Source of the DNA: Parcubacteria group bacterium
Lineage (GTDB): Bacteria; Patescibacteriota; Minisyncoccia; Moranbacterales; UBA11712
NCBI GenBank assembly: GCA_041659685.1
Contig: JBAZXV010000002.1
Coordinates: 120,195-184,194 of the forward strand
Reading direction: 5' to 3'
DNA: 64,000 nucleotides
Shown here: positions 8,280 through 17,648 of the stretch, one piece after another
Layout of the letters: each line of letters starts with the position of its first letter
Position numbering within the stretch: the first letter of the stretch is position 1
Position numbers and translations under genes: made by a program
The notes under the pieces: model-generated
Told to the model about the DNA's origin: nothing
Seen by the model: the letters and a program-made list of their open reading frames with translations, nothing else
Database searches by the model: none

Positions 8280-8354
8280 AGCACCTTAGCTTATTCAGGA
8301 AACAATCCGGCGGAACCATCGCCGGTAACTATTGAAAGGAGGGTCAGTAATAGT

Positions 8355-8543
8355 ATGGCAGGAGGAACAACGCAAGAGCGGATGGAACAAATTGCGGCAG
8401 CAAGGGACAGGTGTGTTTGCAGGGGCTGCAGTTGCTGCTTCGTTAGGGGAGCTAATCTTGAAGGTTGCGGGGGATGTTTTGATCCCAAGAAAGACATCGT
8501 GGCCTGTCAAAAATGCCCAGCTCGTCTTGCTGTGCGGAAATAG
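8355..8543 (+). CDS. Small Cys-rich ORF (62 aa) in a GC-rich island; may instead be part of a structured RNA
   Basis: A GGAGGG sequence upstream of the ATG. 9 Cys in 62 aa (CVCRGCSCC...CGGC...CQKC). The local GC content is far above the window background and several frames are open on both strands. A terminator follows at 8562-8597. Confidence 0.25.
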   Translation: MAGGTTQERMEQIAAARDRCVCRGCSCCFVRGANLEGCGGCFDPKKDIVACQKCPARLAVRK

Positions 8544-8561
8544 TTCCGCAGTTAACTATCG

Positions 8562-8597
8562 CCTCGATTCAGTTTCTGGATCGAGGCCAGTTTTTTA
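8562..8597 (+). terminator. Intrinsic terminator
   Basis: GCCTCGAT-loop-ATCGAGGC stem followed by TTTTTT. Confidence 0.55.
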
Positions 8598-9593
8598 TAA
8601 GAACTTATTTACTGCTTTATTAATCTCCGCATAGTTTTTCAGCCACTTGATTCTTTTGTCGCGCTTGAACCAGGTCATTTGCCGCTTGGCGTAATTTTTT
8701 TCGGCTTGAATAACTTTTTCGACGAGCTCTTGTTTTTTAATCTTTTTTTGTAAATATAGCGGAATCCAAAAATAGGCGAGGCCGAAAGATTGGATTTTTT
8801 TCCAACTTAATCCTTGCTCACGTAATTTTTCAACTTCTTTTATCATACCTTGTCTGAAGCGGGCGAGGACACGTTTTTCGATATTCTTATACAATTCATT
8901 TTTGGATAATTTGATTCCAATCTGCAAAAATTCATATTTCTTAAATCGTAAATCATAAATCTTTTCTCTTGCCGGCACCTTGCCGATGGATTCGCATATT
9001 TCAATCGCGCGGATGAGGCGGACTTTGTTTTTCGCATCGATATTTTTTGCGCGTTCGGAATCCGTCTTTTTCAGTATCGTGAGTAATTTTTCCACCGAAT
9101 ATTTTTCCAGTTTTTTGCGCAGCTGCCAATCCGGTTTCACTTCGGGAAAATTTACGTTGTCGACAATTGCCTGAATCCAAAATCCTGTTCCGCCGCAAAT
9201 GATGGGAAACTTTCCGCGCCGCAAAATATCCTCGATTATCTTTTCCGCCCGCTTTTTGAATTTCGCGACGCTATAATCCGTCTGTGGGGAAATTATGTCA
9301 ATCAGGTGGTGAGGAATGCCGCTGGAAAGGAATATCGTCCTCAGTGTTGCGAGATCCTTCGACGTGCTGCGCTTTCTCAGGATGACAGGCATTATTTTGC
9401 CCGTCACCTTTCCGGTGCCGATGTTCATGCCGCGAAAAACTTGCCGGCTGTCCGCCGAAATGACTTCTCCGTTAAACATTTTGGCTATTTTAATGGCAAT
9501 ATCGGATTTACCGGAAGATGTCGGTCCAAGGATAACGAATATTTTATTATTTTTTTTCGGCTGTGATATGCTGGCCGGAATTTTATTAGTCAT
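8595..9593 (-). CDS. miaA: tRNA dimethylallyltransferase
   Basis: P-loop ILGPTSSGKS and a DSRQVFRGMNIGT motif. 332 aa. Confidence 0.9.
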   Translation of the reverse strand: MTNKIPASISQPKKNNKIFVILGPTSSGKSDIAIKIAKMFNGEVISADSRQVFRGMNIGTGKVTGKIMPVILRKRSTSKDLATLRTIFLSSGIPHHLIDIISPQTDYSVAKFKKRAEKIIEDILRRGKFPIICGGTGFWIQAIVDNVNFPEVKPDWQLRKKLEKYSVEKLLTILKKTDSERAKNIDAKNKVRLIRAIEICESIGKVPAREKIYDLRFKKYEFLQIGIKLSKNELYKNIEKRVLARFRQGMIKEVEKLREQGLSWKKIQSFGLAYFWIPLYLQKKIKKQELVEKVIQAEKNYAKRQMTWFKRDKRIKWLKNYAEINKAVNKFL

Positions 9594-9935
9594 TTTGAGA
9601 AATAATTTTTCAACGAGAGAATTATTTGTTATAATTATATCAACGATTTTACGGGGGTGTGAATTATGTATTGGCTAAGTCCATGGGAGAAGGCATTAGA
9701 CATTGTTGCCAGGAATCTTTTTTGGAAAGCTTATCGGAAAAAGGATCTTCCAAAAAAGATTGAGATTGAAATGGAGCTCAAAATCTTCGAGCAAGACCAA
9801 TCTCTGTTCATTCGACTTATTGAGTTTTGCCAAAATATTGGTTGGGAATCGGCTGAATTCAAAAAGAGCGAGGAGAGGAGCATCTTCCTTGTGCTTAAAA
9901 GAGCGCAAAAAAGATGTTCTTCAGGCTGAGCCCGC

Positions 9936-11462
9936 TTACTGAGCGGGCTCAAGGATTTTCATCGATATTCCTTCCAGTCCGAACGGTTTGGCTTTTTCGA
10001 TTTTAACTTTTTGAAAACTCCCGATGGGGATTTTTTTGTTGGAGGAAAATATAACTTTCTTTTGAGTGCGGGTGTGGCTCGAGTATCTATATAAAATTCG
10101 AGTCGAAATTCTTTTCGTCCAAGGTTCGGCCTTTTTTCCTCCGACGTTACGTCGGAGTTCCTCAAGGTCAAACCTTTTATCAACTAAAACTTCAACGGAT
10201 TTTCTAACATACTTTTTATTGTTCGCAAGAGCTGTTTTTTTCAGAATTTCCGTGAGGACTTTTTCGCGGCGGACTTTTTCTTTTTTTGAAACATTGTCCT
10301 TCATCTTCCAGGCGGCGGTTTCAGGGCGCGGCGAGTATTGGGCGATATAGGCCATATCAAATTTCATGTCGCGGAAAAGCTTGGCGGTATTTTCAAATTG
10401 ATTTTTTGTTTCGCCGGGAAATCCGACAATTATGTCGGTGGAAACAGCGGGCGGCAGTTTGGAGACTAAGTCTCCAATTGGGGACTTAGTCTCCAAGTAG
10501 GCGCGGCGGATTTTTTTGATGAGGCACTTATAGTGTTCGGTTGTGTATTTGCGGTTCATTTTACGAAGGATTGTGTCATCTCCCGATTGGGCGGGCAAGG
10601 AAACATATTCACAAACTTTTTTGCATTTGGAAATTGTTTCTATGAGTTCATCGGACATATCTTTTGGGTGGCTGGTGAGAAACGTCAGCCAGAAGTTTCC
10701 GGGAATGACATCTATTAGTCTTAATAAGTCGGCAAAGCCAATAGCCTGCTTTTTTGAATCATGAATCATGAACCTCGAATTATGGTTTCTCGATTTTTTC
10801 CCTGATTCACAATTCATAATTCCTAATTCATTTTTGTAGCTATTCACATTCTGACCAAGCAAAAAAATTTCTCTGTATCCTTTTTTCACCAGGCTGCGAA
10901 CTTCTTTCAAAATGTTTTCAGCCGGCCTTGAATATTCCCTTCCGCGGGCGTAGGGCACGACGCAGTAGGCACAGAAATTGTTGCAGCCGGTCATGACGGG
11001 AATATAAGCGGTATACTTGTTGGTGTATGTCGGCTCTATTTTTAAGTAATCATTACATGGTTTATTTTTTGAATTATGAATTATGAATTTTGAATCAGGG
11101 TTTTTATTTTTTCTCCATAATTCCTGATTCATAATTCCTGATTCAATTATTTCTTGTGGAAAATATTTAATTTCACAAAATAAATCAACCTTTCCCTTGA
11201 GCCTTCTCCGGACATCTTTTCGATGGGCGAGGCAGCCAGTCAATATTATTTTTTTCTTAGGGTATTTTTTTCGCAGGTTATGAACCAGCCCATAAACCCT
11301 GTCCTCCGGTGTTTGGCGTACGCCGCAGGTGACGAACACGATTAAATCAGCCGCATCAATCGAGGCGGCCGGTTTAAGTTTGTTTTTTTTGAGAATTGTC
11401 GCAATTCTTTCGGCGTCGGAATAATTCATCTGGCAGCCGAATATTTTGAGAAAGTAGGTCAT
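9936..11462 (-). CDS. miaB: Radical SAM methylthiotransferase (MiaB-like) with in-frame insertions
   Basis: N-terminal MTTase domain (IFGCQMNYSD). Radical SAM CxxxCxxC (TGCNNFCAYC). C-terminal TRAM-like region. It is 508 aa versus about 445 typical. Two roughly 27-aa inserts (GIMNQELWRKNKNPDSKFIIHNSKNKP and GIMNCESGKKSRNHNSRFMIHDSKKQA) are encoded by palindromic DNA. It lies adjacent to miaA. Confidence 0.85.
   Translation of the reverse strand: MTYFLKIFGCQMNYSDAERIATILKKNKLKPAASIDAADLIVFVTCGVRQTPEDRVYGLVHNLRKKYPKKKIILTGCLAHRKDVRRRLKGKVDLFCEIKYFPQEIIESGIMNQELWRKNKNPDSKFIIHNSKNKPCNDYLKIEPTYTNKYTAYIPVMTGCNNFCAYCVVPYARGREYSRPAENILKEVRSLVKKGYREIFLLGQNVNSYKNELGIMNCESGKKSRNHNSRFMIHDSKKQAIGFADLLRLIDVIPGNFWLTFLTSHPKDMSDELIETISKCKKVCEYVSLPAQSGDDTILRKMNRKYTTEHYKCLIKKIRRAYLETKSPIGDLVSKLPPAVSTDIIVGFPGETKNQFENTAKLFRDMKFDMAYIAQYSPRPETAAWKMKDNVSKKEKVRREKVLTEILKKTALANNKKYVRKSVEVLVDKRFDLEELRRNVGGKKAEPWTKRISTRILYRYSSHTRTQKKVIFSSNKKIPIGSFQKVKIEKAKPFGLEGISMKILEPAQ
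10462..10495. repeat. Perfect palindrome GGAGACTAAGTCTCC plus a partial second copy, inside the miaB coding sequence
   Basis: ggagactaagtctcc-aattgg-ggacttagtctcc. It encodes LETKSPIGDLVSKL in frame. Confidence 0.6.
10755..10830. repeat. About 76-bp palindromic element (copy 1) inserted in frame in miaB
   Basis: tgaatcatgaatcatgaacctcgaattatgg...ccctgattcacaattcataattcctaattca. It contains an internal inverted repeat and is in reverse orientation relative to copy 2. Confidence 0.6.
11071..11146. repeat. About 76-bp palindromic element (copy 2) inserted in frame in miaB
   Basis: tgaattatgaattatgaattttgaatcaggg...ccataattcctgattcataattcctgattca. The left arm is approximately the reverse complement of the right arm of copy 1. 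Confidence 0.6.
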
Positions 11463-11489
11463 GAGACAAATAAAACAAATGGGGAGAAA

Positions 11490-13289
11490 TTATTTTTTTT
11501 CTTCAATTTCTTTTTCAATTTTTTCCAGAAACTTTTTGAAGTTGATCGCGCCGAGGTCGCCTTTTTCGCGGCTCCTCACAGCCACGGTTTTGGCGGAGAC
11601 TTCTTTCTCGCCGACAATCAGCATATAATTTATTTTTTCATTTTGGGCGGCGCGGATGCGTTTTCCCAAAGACTCGGATGATTCACGGATTTGCGAGCGG
11701 ATGCCGGCGGATAAAAGTTCGGAATGAATTTCTTCCCCGTATTTCTCAAATTTTTCCGAAACAGGAATGACTTCCACCTGGATGGGGGAGAGCCAAAGAG
11801 GGAAAGCGCCGGCGAAGTGTTCTATGAGAAAAGCGAAGAATCTTTCGAACGATCCGATGAGCGCCCGGTGAATTACGAATGGTTTTATTTTTTCCCCTTT
11901 ATCGTCAATATAAGCAAGATCAAACCGTTCAGGCAAATTGAAATCTACCTGAATAGTGGAAATGGAATCTTCCTTGCCATAAACATTGATTGCCTGGACA
12001 TCAAGCTTCGGGCCGTAAAAAGCGGCTTCTCCTTTGGCTTCATAAAAATCAACTTTATTTTTCTTGAGGACTTTTCGCATAATTTCCTCAGTTCGCTTCC
12101 AATTTTTGGGGTCGCCGACATATTTATCTTTGGTTTCGTCTGAAAGAGAAAGGCGGAATTTATAATTATCAAACCCAAGATCCGCATAAAACTTCATGAG
12201 CATTTCCATAACTTCCATGAACTGGCCTTCCAGCTGATCCGAAGTGCAATAGATATGCGCGTCATTTTGAGTAAAGCCGCGAACTCGTTGCATTCCATGA
12301 AGCTCCCCGGATTTTTCATAGCGATAAACGGTGCCTATTTCTCCGATTTTCATAGGCAATTCCCGGTAACTTCTTGGCTTCATTTTATAAACCATCATGC
12401 CGGCCGGACAATTCATGGGCTTCAGAACGAAGGTCTCTTTCACTTTGGGCTTCTCGCCTTCCTGGATTTCCCTTAAGCTCAGGCCCACTTCCAAAGGGGG
12501 GTACATGCTATCGCTATAAAATCCCCAATGTCCGGATGTTTCAAATAACTCCTTTTTGTTTATATGGGGAGTGATAATATGCTCGTAGCCATAAGAACGT
12601 TCCATTTGAATTATATAATCTTCAAGCAGTCTTCTGATGACATATCCCTTGGGCAGCCATACCGGCAGACCCTGGCCGATTTCCGGAAAAGTTGCAAAAA
12701 GTTCCAGCTCTTTTCCTAGTTTTACGTGATCCCGTTTTTTTGCTTCATCCATCATTGCGAGATATTGCCTAAGTTCTTTGGGATTTTCAAAAGCCACTCC
12801 ATATACTCTCTGGAGCATTTTGTTTTTCTCGTTTCCTTTCCAATAGGCGCCGGAAATTTTGGTGAGCTTAAATGATTTTGAATTTATTTCTCCGGTTGAT
12901 TCAAGATGGGGACCGGTGCATAAATCCACAAAAGATCCGGTTCTATATATTGAAACCGTTTTTGTTTCAGGTTCATTATTCTCAATATCCTTTATCAGTT
13001 CGGTCTTATACGGTTGTTTGGCTTTCTTGAAATCCTGAAGCGCCTCTTCAATCGAAATGTCTGCCCTTTCAAATTTCAGATTATTTTTGATGATATTTTC
13101 CATTTTGTCTTCCAGGATTTGCAAGTCTTCCGGAATGAGCGTCCGGGGCAAATCGAAGTCATAATAAAACCCGTTTTCGATTGCCGGGCCTATTCCGAAT
13201 TTCGCCTCCGGAAACATCTCAAAAACCGCCGCGGCGAGAACGTGGGAAAGAGAATGGCGGATAATTTCAATTTTATTAGATTTTTTCAT
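11490..13289 (-). CDS. thrS: Threonyl-tRNA synthetase
   Basis: 599 aa. N-terminal editing domain HSLSHVLAAAV and class II core motifs. Confidence 0.9.
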   Translation of the reverse strand: MKKSNKIEIIRHSLSHVLAAAVFEMFPEAKFGIGPAIENGFYYDFDLPRTLIPEDLQILEDKMENIIKNNLKFERADISIEEALQDFKKAKQPYKTELIKDIENNEPETKTVSIYRTGSFVDLCTGPHLESTGEINSKSFKLTKISGAYWKGNEKNKMLQRVYGVAFENPKELRQYLAMMDEAKKRDHVKLGKELELFATFPEIGQGLPVWLPKGYVIRRLLEDYIIQMERSYGYEHIITPHINKKELFETSGHWGFYSDSMYPPLEVGLSLREIQEGEKPKVKETFVLKPMNCPAGMMVYKMKPRSYRELPMKIGEIGTVYRYEKSGELHGMQRVRGFTQNDAHIYCTSDQLEGQFMEVMEMLMKFYADLGFDNYKFRLSLSDETKDKYVGDPKNWKRTEEIMRKVLKKNKVDFYEAKGEAAFYGPKLDVQAINVYGKEDSISTIQVDFNLPERFDLAYIDDKGEKIKPFVIHRALIGSFERFFAFLIEHFAGAFPLWLSPIQVEVIPVSEKFEKYGEEIHSELLSAGIRSQIRESSESLGKRIRAAQNEKINYMLIVGEKEVSAKTVAVRSREKGDLGAINFKKFLEKIEKEIEEKK

Positions 13290-13431
13290 ATTTTTGCTGA
13301 ATAGTTACGGTTTAATGGTAATATTAAAACGGCTTACTTGCAAGGTTTCGTGAGTGGGGTAGAATATGATTATTGCCGCTTCGCGCTTTTTGAGACTTTA
13401 ACAATGCGCTGTAAGATAGAAGGAAAAAGTT

Positions 13432-14280
13432 ATGACACCAGGAAAGAGAATTATTAAGAAGACAATCATATCGGCTGTTTATGTCGTTATTTTTTCATTA
13501 TTAGCAGTCGGATTTTACAGCCTTTTCAGCGCCAATCCGACGTGCAGCGACGGAACAAAAAATCAAAACGAGGAAGGAGTTGATTGCGGCGGATCGTGTT
13601 CGGCCGTATGCGAGAAGATTCCCGATGTCGAAAATATTCAAGTCATCGAAAAAAATATTTTGCCGGCAGGGGACGGGCAATATGACGTCCTGGCCAGGAT
13701 AAGCAATCCGAATACGCAGTTTGGAATAGCCGATCTTGAGTATTCCTTCGATTTGCTGGACGGAGCCGGGAAAATAGTCGGCCAAAGCGAAGGAAAAAAT
13801 TTTATTCTTCCCAGCCAGGAAAAATATATTTTAGCTTTCAACCTAACCTCTTCCAGCGAGCCCAAAGACCTGAATTTTAAGATAAGGTCTTTCAGATGGA
13901 CCAAATTCTCCGAATATGAAGAACCGCTGGTGCAGGTTTATTCAAAGGAGTTTAACTTTGTCAGTGCGGGAAGCAATTTTGCCACCCTTAAGGCCAGGAT
14001 AAAAAATCTCAGTGATTACGATTTTAGGAATATCACTGTCAGCACTATAATAAGAAACGATCAGAATGTTCCGGTGGCGTTGAATCAAACAAACGTGAAC
14101 GACGTAAAAGTAAATGAAGAAAGGGAGATTGTGTTCAATTGGGGGAGAAGTTTTGAAATATCACAAGAGGCCCCCAAAATAGAAATAAACACAGATGTGG
14201 ATTTCTTCAGCGACGATAATTTTATGAAAAAATATGGCTCCCCGGACCAATATAGAAGTTATGGAGCGGATTCCGAATAA
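13432..14280 (+). CDS. Hypothetical membrane-anchored or secreted protein
   Basis: 282 aa. N-terminal TM helix (IISAVYVVIFSLLAVGFYSLF) followed by a Cys-containing segment (CSDG...CGGSCSAVC). No family recognised. Confidence 0.5.
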   Translation: MTPGKRIIKKTIISAVYVVIFSLLAVGFYSLFSANPTCSDGTKNQNEEGVDCGGSCSAVCEKIPDVENIQVIEKNILPAGDGQYDVLARISNPNTQFGIADLEYSFDLLDGAGKIVGQSEGKNFILPSQEKYILAFNLTSSSEPKDLNFKIRSFRWTKFSEYEEPLVQVYSKEFNFVSAGSNFATLKARIKNLSDYDFRNITVSTIIRNDQNVPVALNQTNVNDVKVNEEREIVFNWGRSFEISQEAPKIEINTDVDFFSDDNFMKKYGSPDQYRSYGADSE

Positions 14281-14285
14281 CCGGA

Positions 14286-15428
14286 TTGCCATATCGGGCG
14301 AATTTTTTTGTTTGCCGACTACAAATAATGATCAGAAGCTTTCTAAAACTAGATTGGATACTTATTACAGCCGTTGTCCTGCTTCTTATCCTGAGCCTCT
14401 CGGTTCTCTACACTATAAGTTATGGCGGAGAGTCAGTCGCTAAAGACCAGAGTCATTTTTTCAGGCAGTTGATATTCATGGGGATAGGGCTTGCGGTTTT
14501 TTTTGTTTTGTCTTTTTTTGATTACAGAATTGTTAAAGGCTATTCGGCTCCGCTTTTTGTTGCCGGCGCGCTTCTCCTGGTTGCGGTTCTTATAATCGGA
14601 AAAACGATTCGCGGCACGGTCGGGTGGATTGGATTTTCGGCCTTTCACATCCAGCCGGTCGAACCTTTCAAAATAATTCTCGTTATTGCGCTCGCAAAGT
14701 ATTTGTCGATAAATTCCAGAACAATAAAAGACTTCAGGCACGTGATAATTACATTTGTTCCCGTCAGCCTGGCGGTTTTTTTGGTTCTGAGCCAGCCAGA
14801 CTTGGGATCTGCTTTGGTTGTAATTTCAATCTGGCTGGGGATGCTGCTTGTCAGCGGAATCAAGAAGAGGCATCTCGCCGTCCTTCTTATTGCGGGGGCC
14901 GCAATTAGTGTAATCGCCTGGGGCTTTTTCCTGAAGGATTACCAGAGAGACAGAATAAATTCCCTCTTTAATCCCGCAGCCGATCCTTTGGGAGCGGGAT
15001 ATAATGTCATTCAATCGACAGTGGCGGTCGGTTCGGGGGGAATTTGGGGAAAAGGGCTGGGCCACGGATCTCAAAGCCAGCTTAATTTTCTTCCGGAAAA
15101 GCATACCGATTTTATTTTTGCCGTTACGGCGGAAGAACTCGGCCTCTTTGGAGCTTTTTTTGTTCTGGTTTTGCTTTCCATAGTCATTCTTCGTTTATTT
15201 AGAATTATGCAGAAAAGCCGCGGTAATTTTGGAAAGCTTATGGTCGCGGGGATAGCCGTCATGATTTTCGTCCAATCGGCGGTTAATATCGGCATGAATA
15301 TCGGGATTGCCCCGATTACGGGAATTCCTCTGCCGCTTCTCAGCTATGGAGGAAGTTCCCTGATATCGACACTAGCCGCTTTAGGGATCGCAGAAAGCGT
15401 CTCAAGGCGTTCGAAATCAAGTTTCTGA
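14286..15428 (+). CDS. SEDS-family peptidoglycan glycosyltransferase FtsW/RodA
   Basis: About 10 TM helices. Conserved SEDS motifs (QPDLGSALV, GHGSQSQLNFLPEKHTDFIFA, PITGIPLPLLSYGGSS). The true start may be the internal Met near 14331. Confidence 0.85.
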   Translation: MPYRANFFVCRLQIMIRSFLKLDWILITAVVLLLILSLSVLYTISYGGESVAKDQSHFFRQLIFMGIGLAVFFVLSFFDYRIVKGYSAPLFVAGALLLVAVLIIGKTIRGTVGWIGFSAFHIQPVEPFKIILVIALAKYLSINSRTIKDFRHVIITFVPVSLAVFLVLSQPDLGSALVVISIWLGMLLVSGIKKRHLAVLLIAGAAISVIAWGFFLKDYQRDRINSLFNPAADPLGAGYNVIQSTVAVGSGGIWGKGLGHGSQSQLNFLPEKHTDFIFAVTAEELGLFGAFFVLVLLSIVILRLFRIMQKSRGNFGKLMVAGIAVMIFVQSAVNIGMNIGIAPITGIPLPLLSYGGSSLISTLAALGIAESVSRRSKSSF

Positions 15429-15563
15429 AAGGATAAATGAAAAAAAAGCTGATTTTCTGATCTTTTTCAATTAGGAAATTGGCCTAAGAGTTGACTAACA
15501 GGAGGATATCTGGTAGATTTTCATAGTAACCCAAAAATTAATTGATATAAATTTTTATAGCAT

Positions 15564-16256
15564 ATGGTTGCGGATTTGACGCTTAAGACGAAAAAAAGGA
15601 CAAAAAAGGACGAAAAAGTCGCGGGGAAAGGCAATGTCCCCGGTATTTTGTATGGAAAAGGAGTTGAAAACGAGATGATTTGGGTGGACGGTAAAATTTT
15701 TGGAAAGACATATGAAGAAGCGGGGGAAAGCACAATTTTGAAGCTGGCCCTTGAAGGCGGCGGCGAGCGCAATGTTATCGTGAAGGATGTGCAGAAAGAT
15801 ATTTTGACCGGAGCGCCGATTCACGTTGATTTTTATCAGGTTCGAATGGATGAAGAGATCGAAGCGGAAGTGGAATTGGAATTCGTCGGCGAGTCTCCGG
15901 CGGTCAAGGAGCTTGGCGGAGTGCTGGTCAAAAATATGGACAAGATCGAAATCAAATGCCTTCCGGGAGACCTTCTTTCGAAAATCGAGGTTGATATCAG
16001 CCGGATCAAAACTTTTGATGATTATGTGTATGTTAAGGACCTTCCTATTCCGGAAAAAGTTGAAGTTTCGGTGGATCCGGAAACGGTCGTGGCAATGGTT
16101 TCCGAACCGCGTTCCGAGGAAGAACTTGCTGATCTTGAAGCGGAAGTGAAAGAAGACGTGACTCAGGTTGAAGGTGTCGTGAAAGAAGAGAAGCCGGCCG
16201 AAGGCGAGGCAAGTGAAGAAAAATCCGGAGAAAAGCCCGAAGGGAAAAAAGAATAG
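15564..16256 (+). CDS. rplY: 50S ribosomal protein L25 (Ctc/general stress form)
   Basis: L25 N-terminal beta-barrel (KGNVPGILYGKG...PIHVDFYQV) with an acidic C-terminal extension. Confidence 0.8.
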   Translation: MVADLTLKTKKRTKKDEKVAGKGNVPGILYGKGVENEMIWVDGKIFGKTYEEAGESTILKLALEGGGERNVIVKDVQKDILTGAPIHVDFYQVRMDEEIEAEVELEFVGESPAVKELGGVLVKNMDKIEIKCLPGDLLSKIEVDISRIKTFDDYVYVKDLPIPEKVEVSVDPETVVAMVSEPRSEEELADLEAEVKEDVTQVEGVVKEEKPAEGEASEEKSGEKPEGKKE

Positions 16257-16358
16257 CGGTATTACTCAGTTAGCTAGCAAGGCGCCTGATCTTCGGATCG
16301 GGTGCCTTTTTTTTGGCGTTAATATATAATATGAATAGTTCAAAATTCAAAAATAAAA

Positions 16359-17648
16359 GTGCAAAATTACAATGTAAAATTTAAAATTATAATTTTCTTG
16401 TCTGTTTTTATTGCAGTCAGCTTATTTTTTGTGGTTTTGTTTGCGAGAGGCGCCAGCAGCGACGAAGAGCTTAAAAGCAAAATCGAAACTCTCCGCAGCC
16501 AAATATCAAAATATCAGGATGAGATAGATCAGAAAAGCCGGCTGGAAGAAACACTTGCTGGCAGAATCGAAGTATTGGAAGCGGATATCAATAAAATCGA
16601 ACTTCAGATTCAGGAAACTAATCTGGTGATTAGCGGAATTGACGAAGAAATCTCATCCAAGCAGATGGAAGTCGACGAAATGCAAAAAAGAATTGAAGCG
16701 AAACAGGAAATCCTGTCTAAATTTTTGGAGGAACTTTACGAGCGGGGAGATGTTTCTTCGACGGAACTCATTCTGGGAAACAAAAATTTTTCTGATTATT
16801 TTTTTCAGTCCGAGAGCGTGGAGGCTTTTGAGGGCCAGACAAAGGATATCTTTGATCAGCTGGTGAGTTTGCAGCAGGATCTTGAGAAAGAAAAAGAAGC
16901 ACTCATGGAGAAGAGAGCCGAACAGGAAAATTACCGATATATTCAGATTGACCAGGAAAGATCTCTTGACAGTGAAAGGCAGATGAAGGATCTGCTCGCG
17001 AAAAAAACAAAAAATGAAAAAGATTCTCTGCAGGCGGAAACCGAAAAACTTCAGACGGAGCTTAACGCGATCCAGTCGCTCGGGGAACCTATTGCCATTG
17101 ATGAGGCGGTAAAGTCAGCCAAGTACGCGAGCGGCTTGACGGGTGTTGCTCCGGAACTTCTTTTGGGCGTTCTTCGCGTGGAATCGGGTCTTGGGACAAA
17201 TGTCGGAGGGGGGCGGTATAAGACCGACATGAATCCGAGCCAATGGGAAACGTTTAAAGGCATTTGCAAAGAGCTTGGATTGAATCCCGACAAAATGCCG
17301 GTTTCGCGGCGGGTATGCTACAACAAGGGTTCAAAGGACGGGTGCGGGGGATGGGGCGGAGCGATGGGGCCCGCGCAATTCATGCCTTCAACCTGGATGG
17401 GATATAAAAGCAAAGTTGAAAAGACAGCCGGGAAATCTCCGGCCAGCCCGTGGGACATTAAAGACTCCCTTGTGGCGATGGGACTCAAACTTGCGGCAAT
17501 CGACGGCGTGACGAGAGGGGATCGCAAGGCCTGGGCAAAAGCGGCAGGAACATATTTGGCGGGAAGCAACTGGGAAAGCTATCCATGGTATTCCGACAGA
17601 GTTCTTTTCTATGCGGACGGGTTCAAGAAGATAATCAAAGACTACTAG
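16359..17648 (+). CDS. Secreted coiled-coil protein with C-terminal lysozyme-like (SLT-type) domain
   Basis: N-terminal TM or signal sequence. About 230 aa of heptad-rich coiled coil. A C-terminal LLLGVLRVESGLGTNVGG segment resembles the catalytic Glu-Ser region of lytic transglycosylases. Confidence 0.55.
   Translation: MQNYNVKFKIIIFLSVFIAVSLFFVVLFARGASSDEELKSKIETLRSQISKYQDEIDQKSRLEETLAGRIEVLEADINKIELQIQETNLVISGIDEEISSKQMEVDEMQKRIEAKQEILSKFLEELYERGDVSSTELILGNKNFSDYFFQSESVEAFEGQTKDIFDQLVSLQQDLEKEKEALMEKRAEQENYRYIQIDQERSLDSERQMKDLLAKKTKNEKDSLQAETEKLQTELNAIQSLGEPIAIDEAVKSAKYASGLTGVAPELLLGVLRVESGLGTNVGGGRYKTDMNPSQWETFKGICKELGLNPDKMPVSRRVCYNKGSKDGCGGWGGAMGPAQFMPSTWMGYKSKVEKTAGKSPASPWDIKDSLVAMGLKLAAIDGVTRGDRKAWAKAAGTYLAGSNWESYPWYSDRVLFYADGFKKIIKDY

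Noticed and set aside
8332-8634. 100-aa plus-strand ORF overlapping the Cys-rich sORF in the GC-rich island
   Set aside because: It runs through the terminator hairpin and has no SD. It is more likely a by-product of the GC-rich open frames; see the finding on 8290-8600.
9666-9929. 87-aa plus-strand ORF between miaA and miaB (both minus-strand)
   Set aside because: It lies antisense within the miaB-miaA intergenic region of a co-directional minus-strand gene series, and has no recognisable domain. It is possible but unsupported, with confidence too low to list as a feature.
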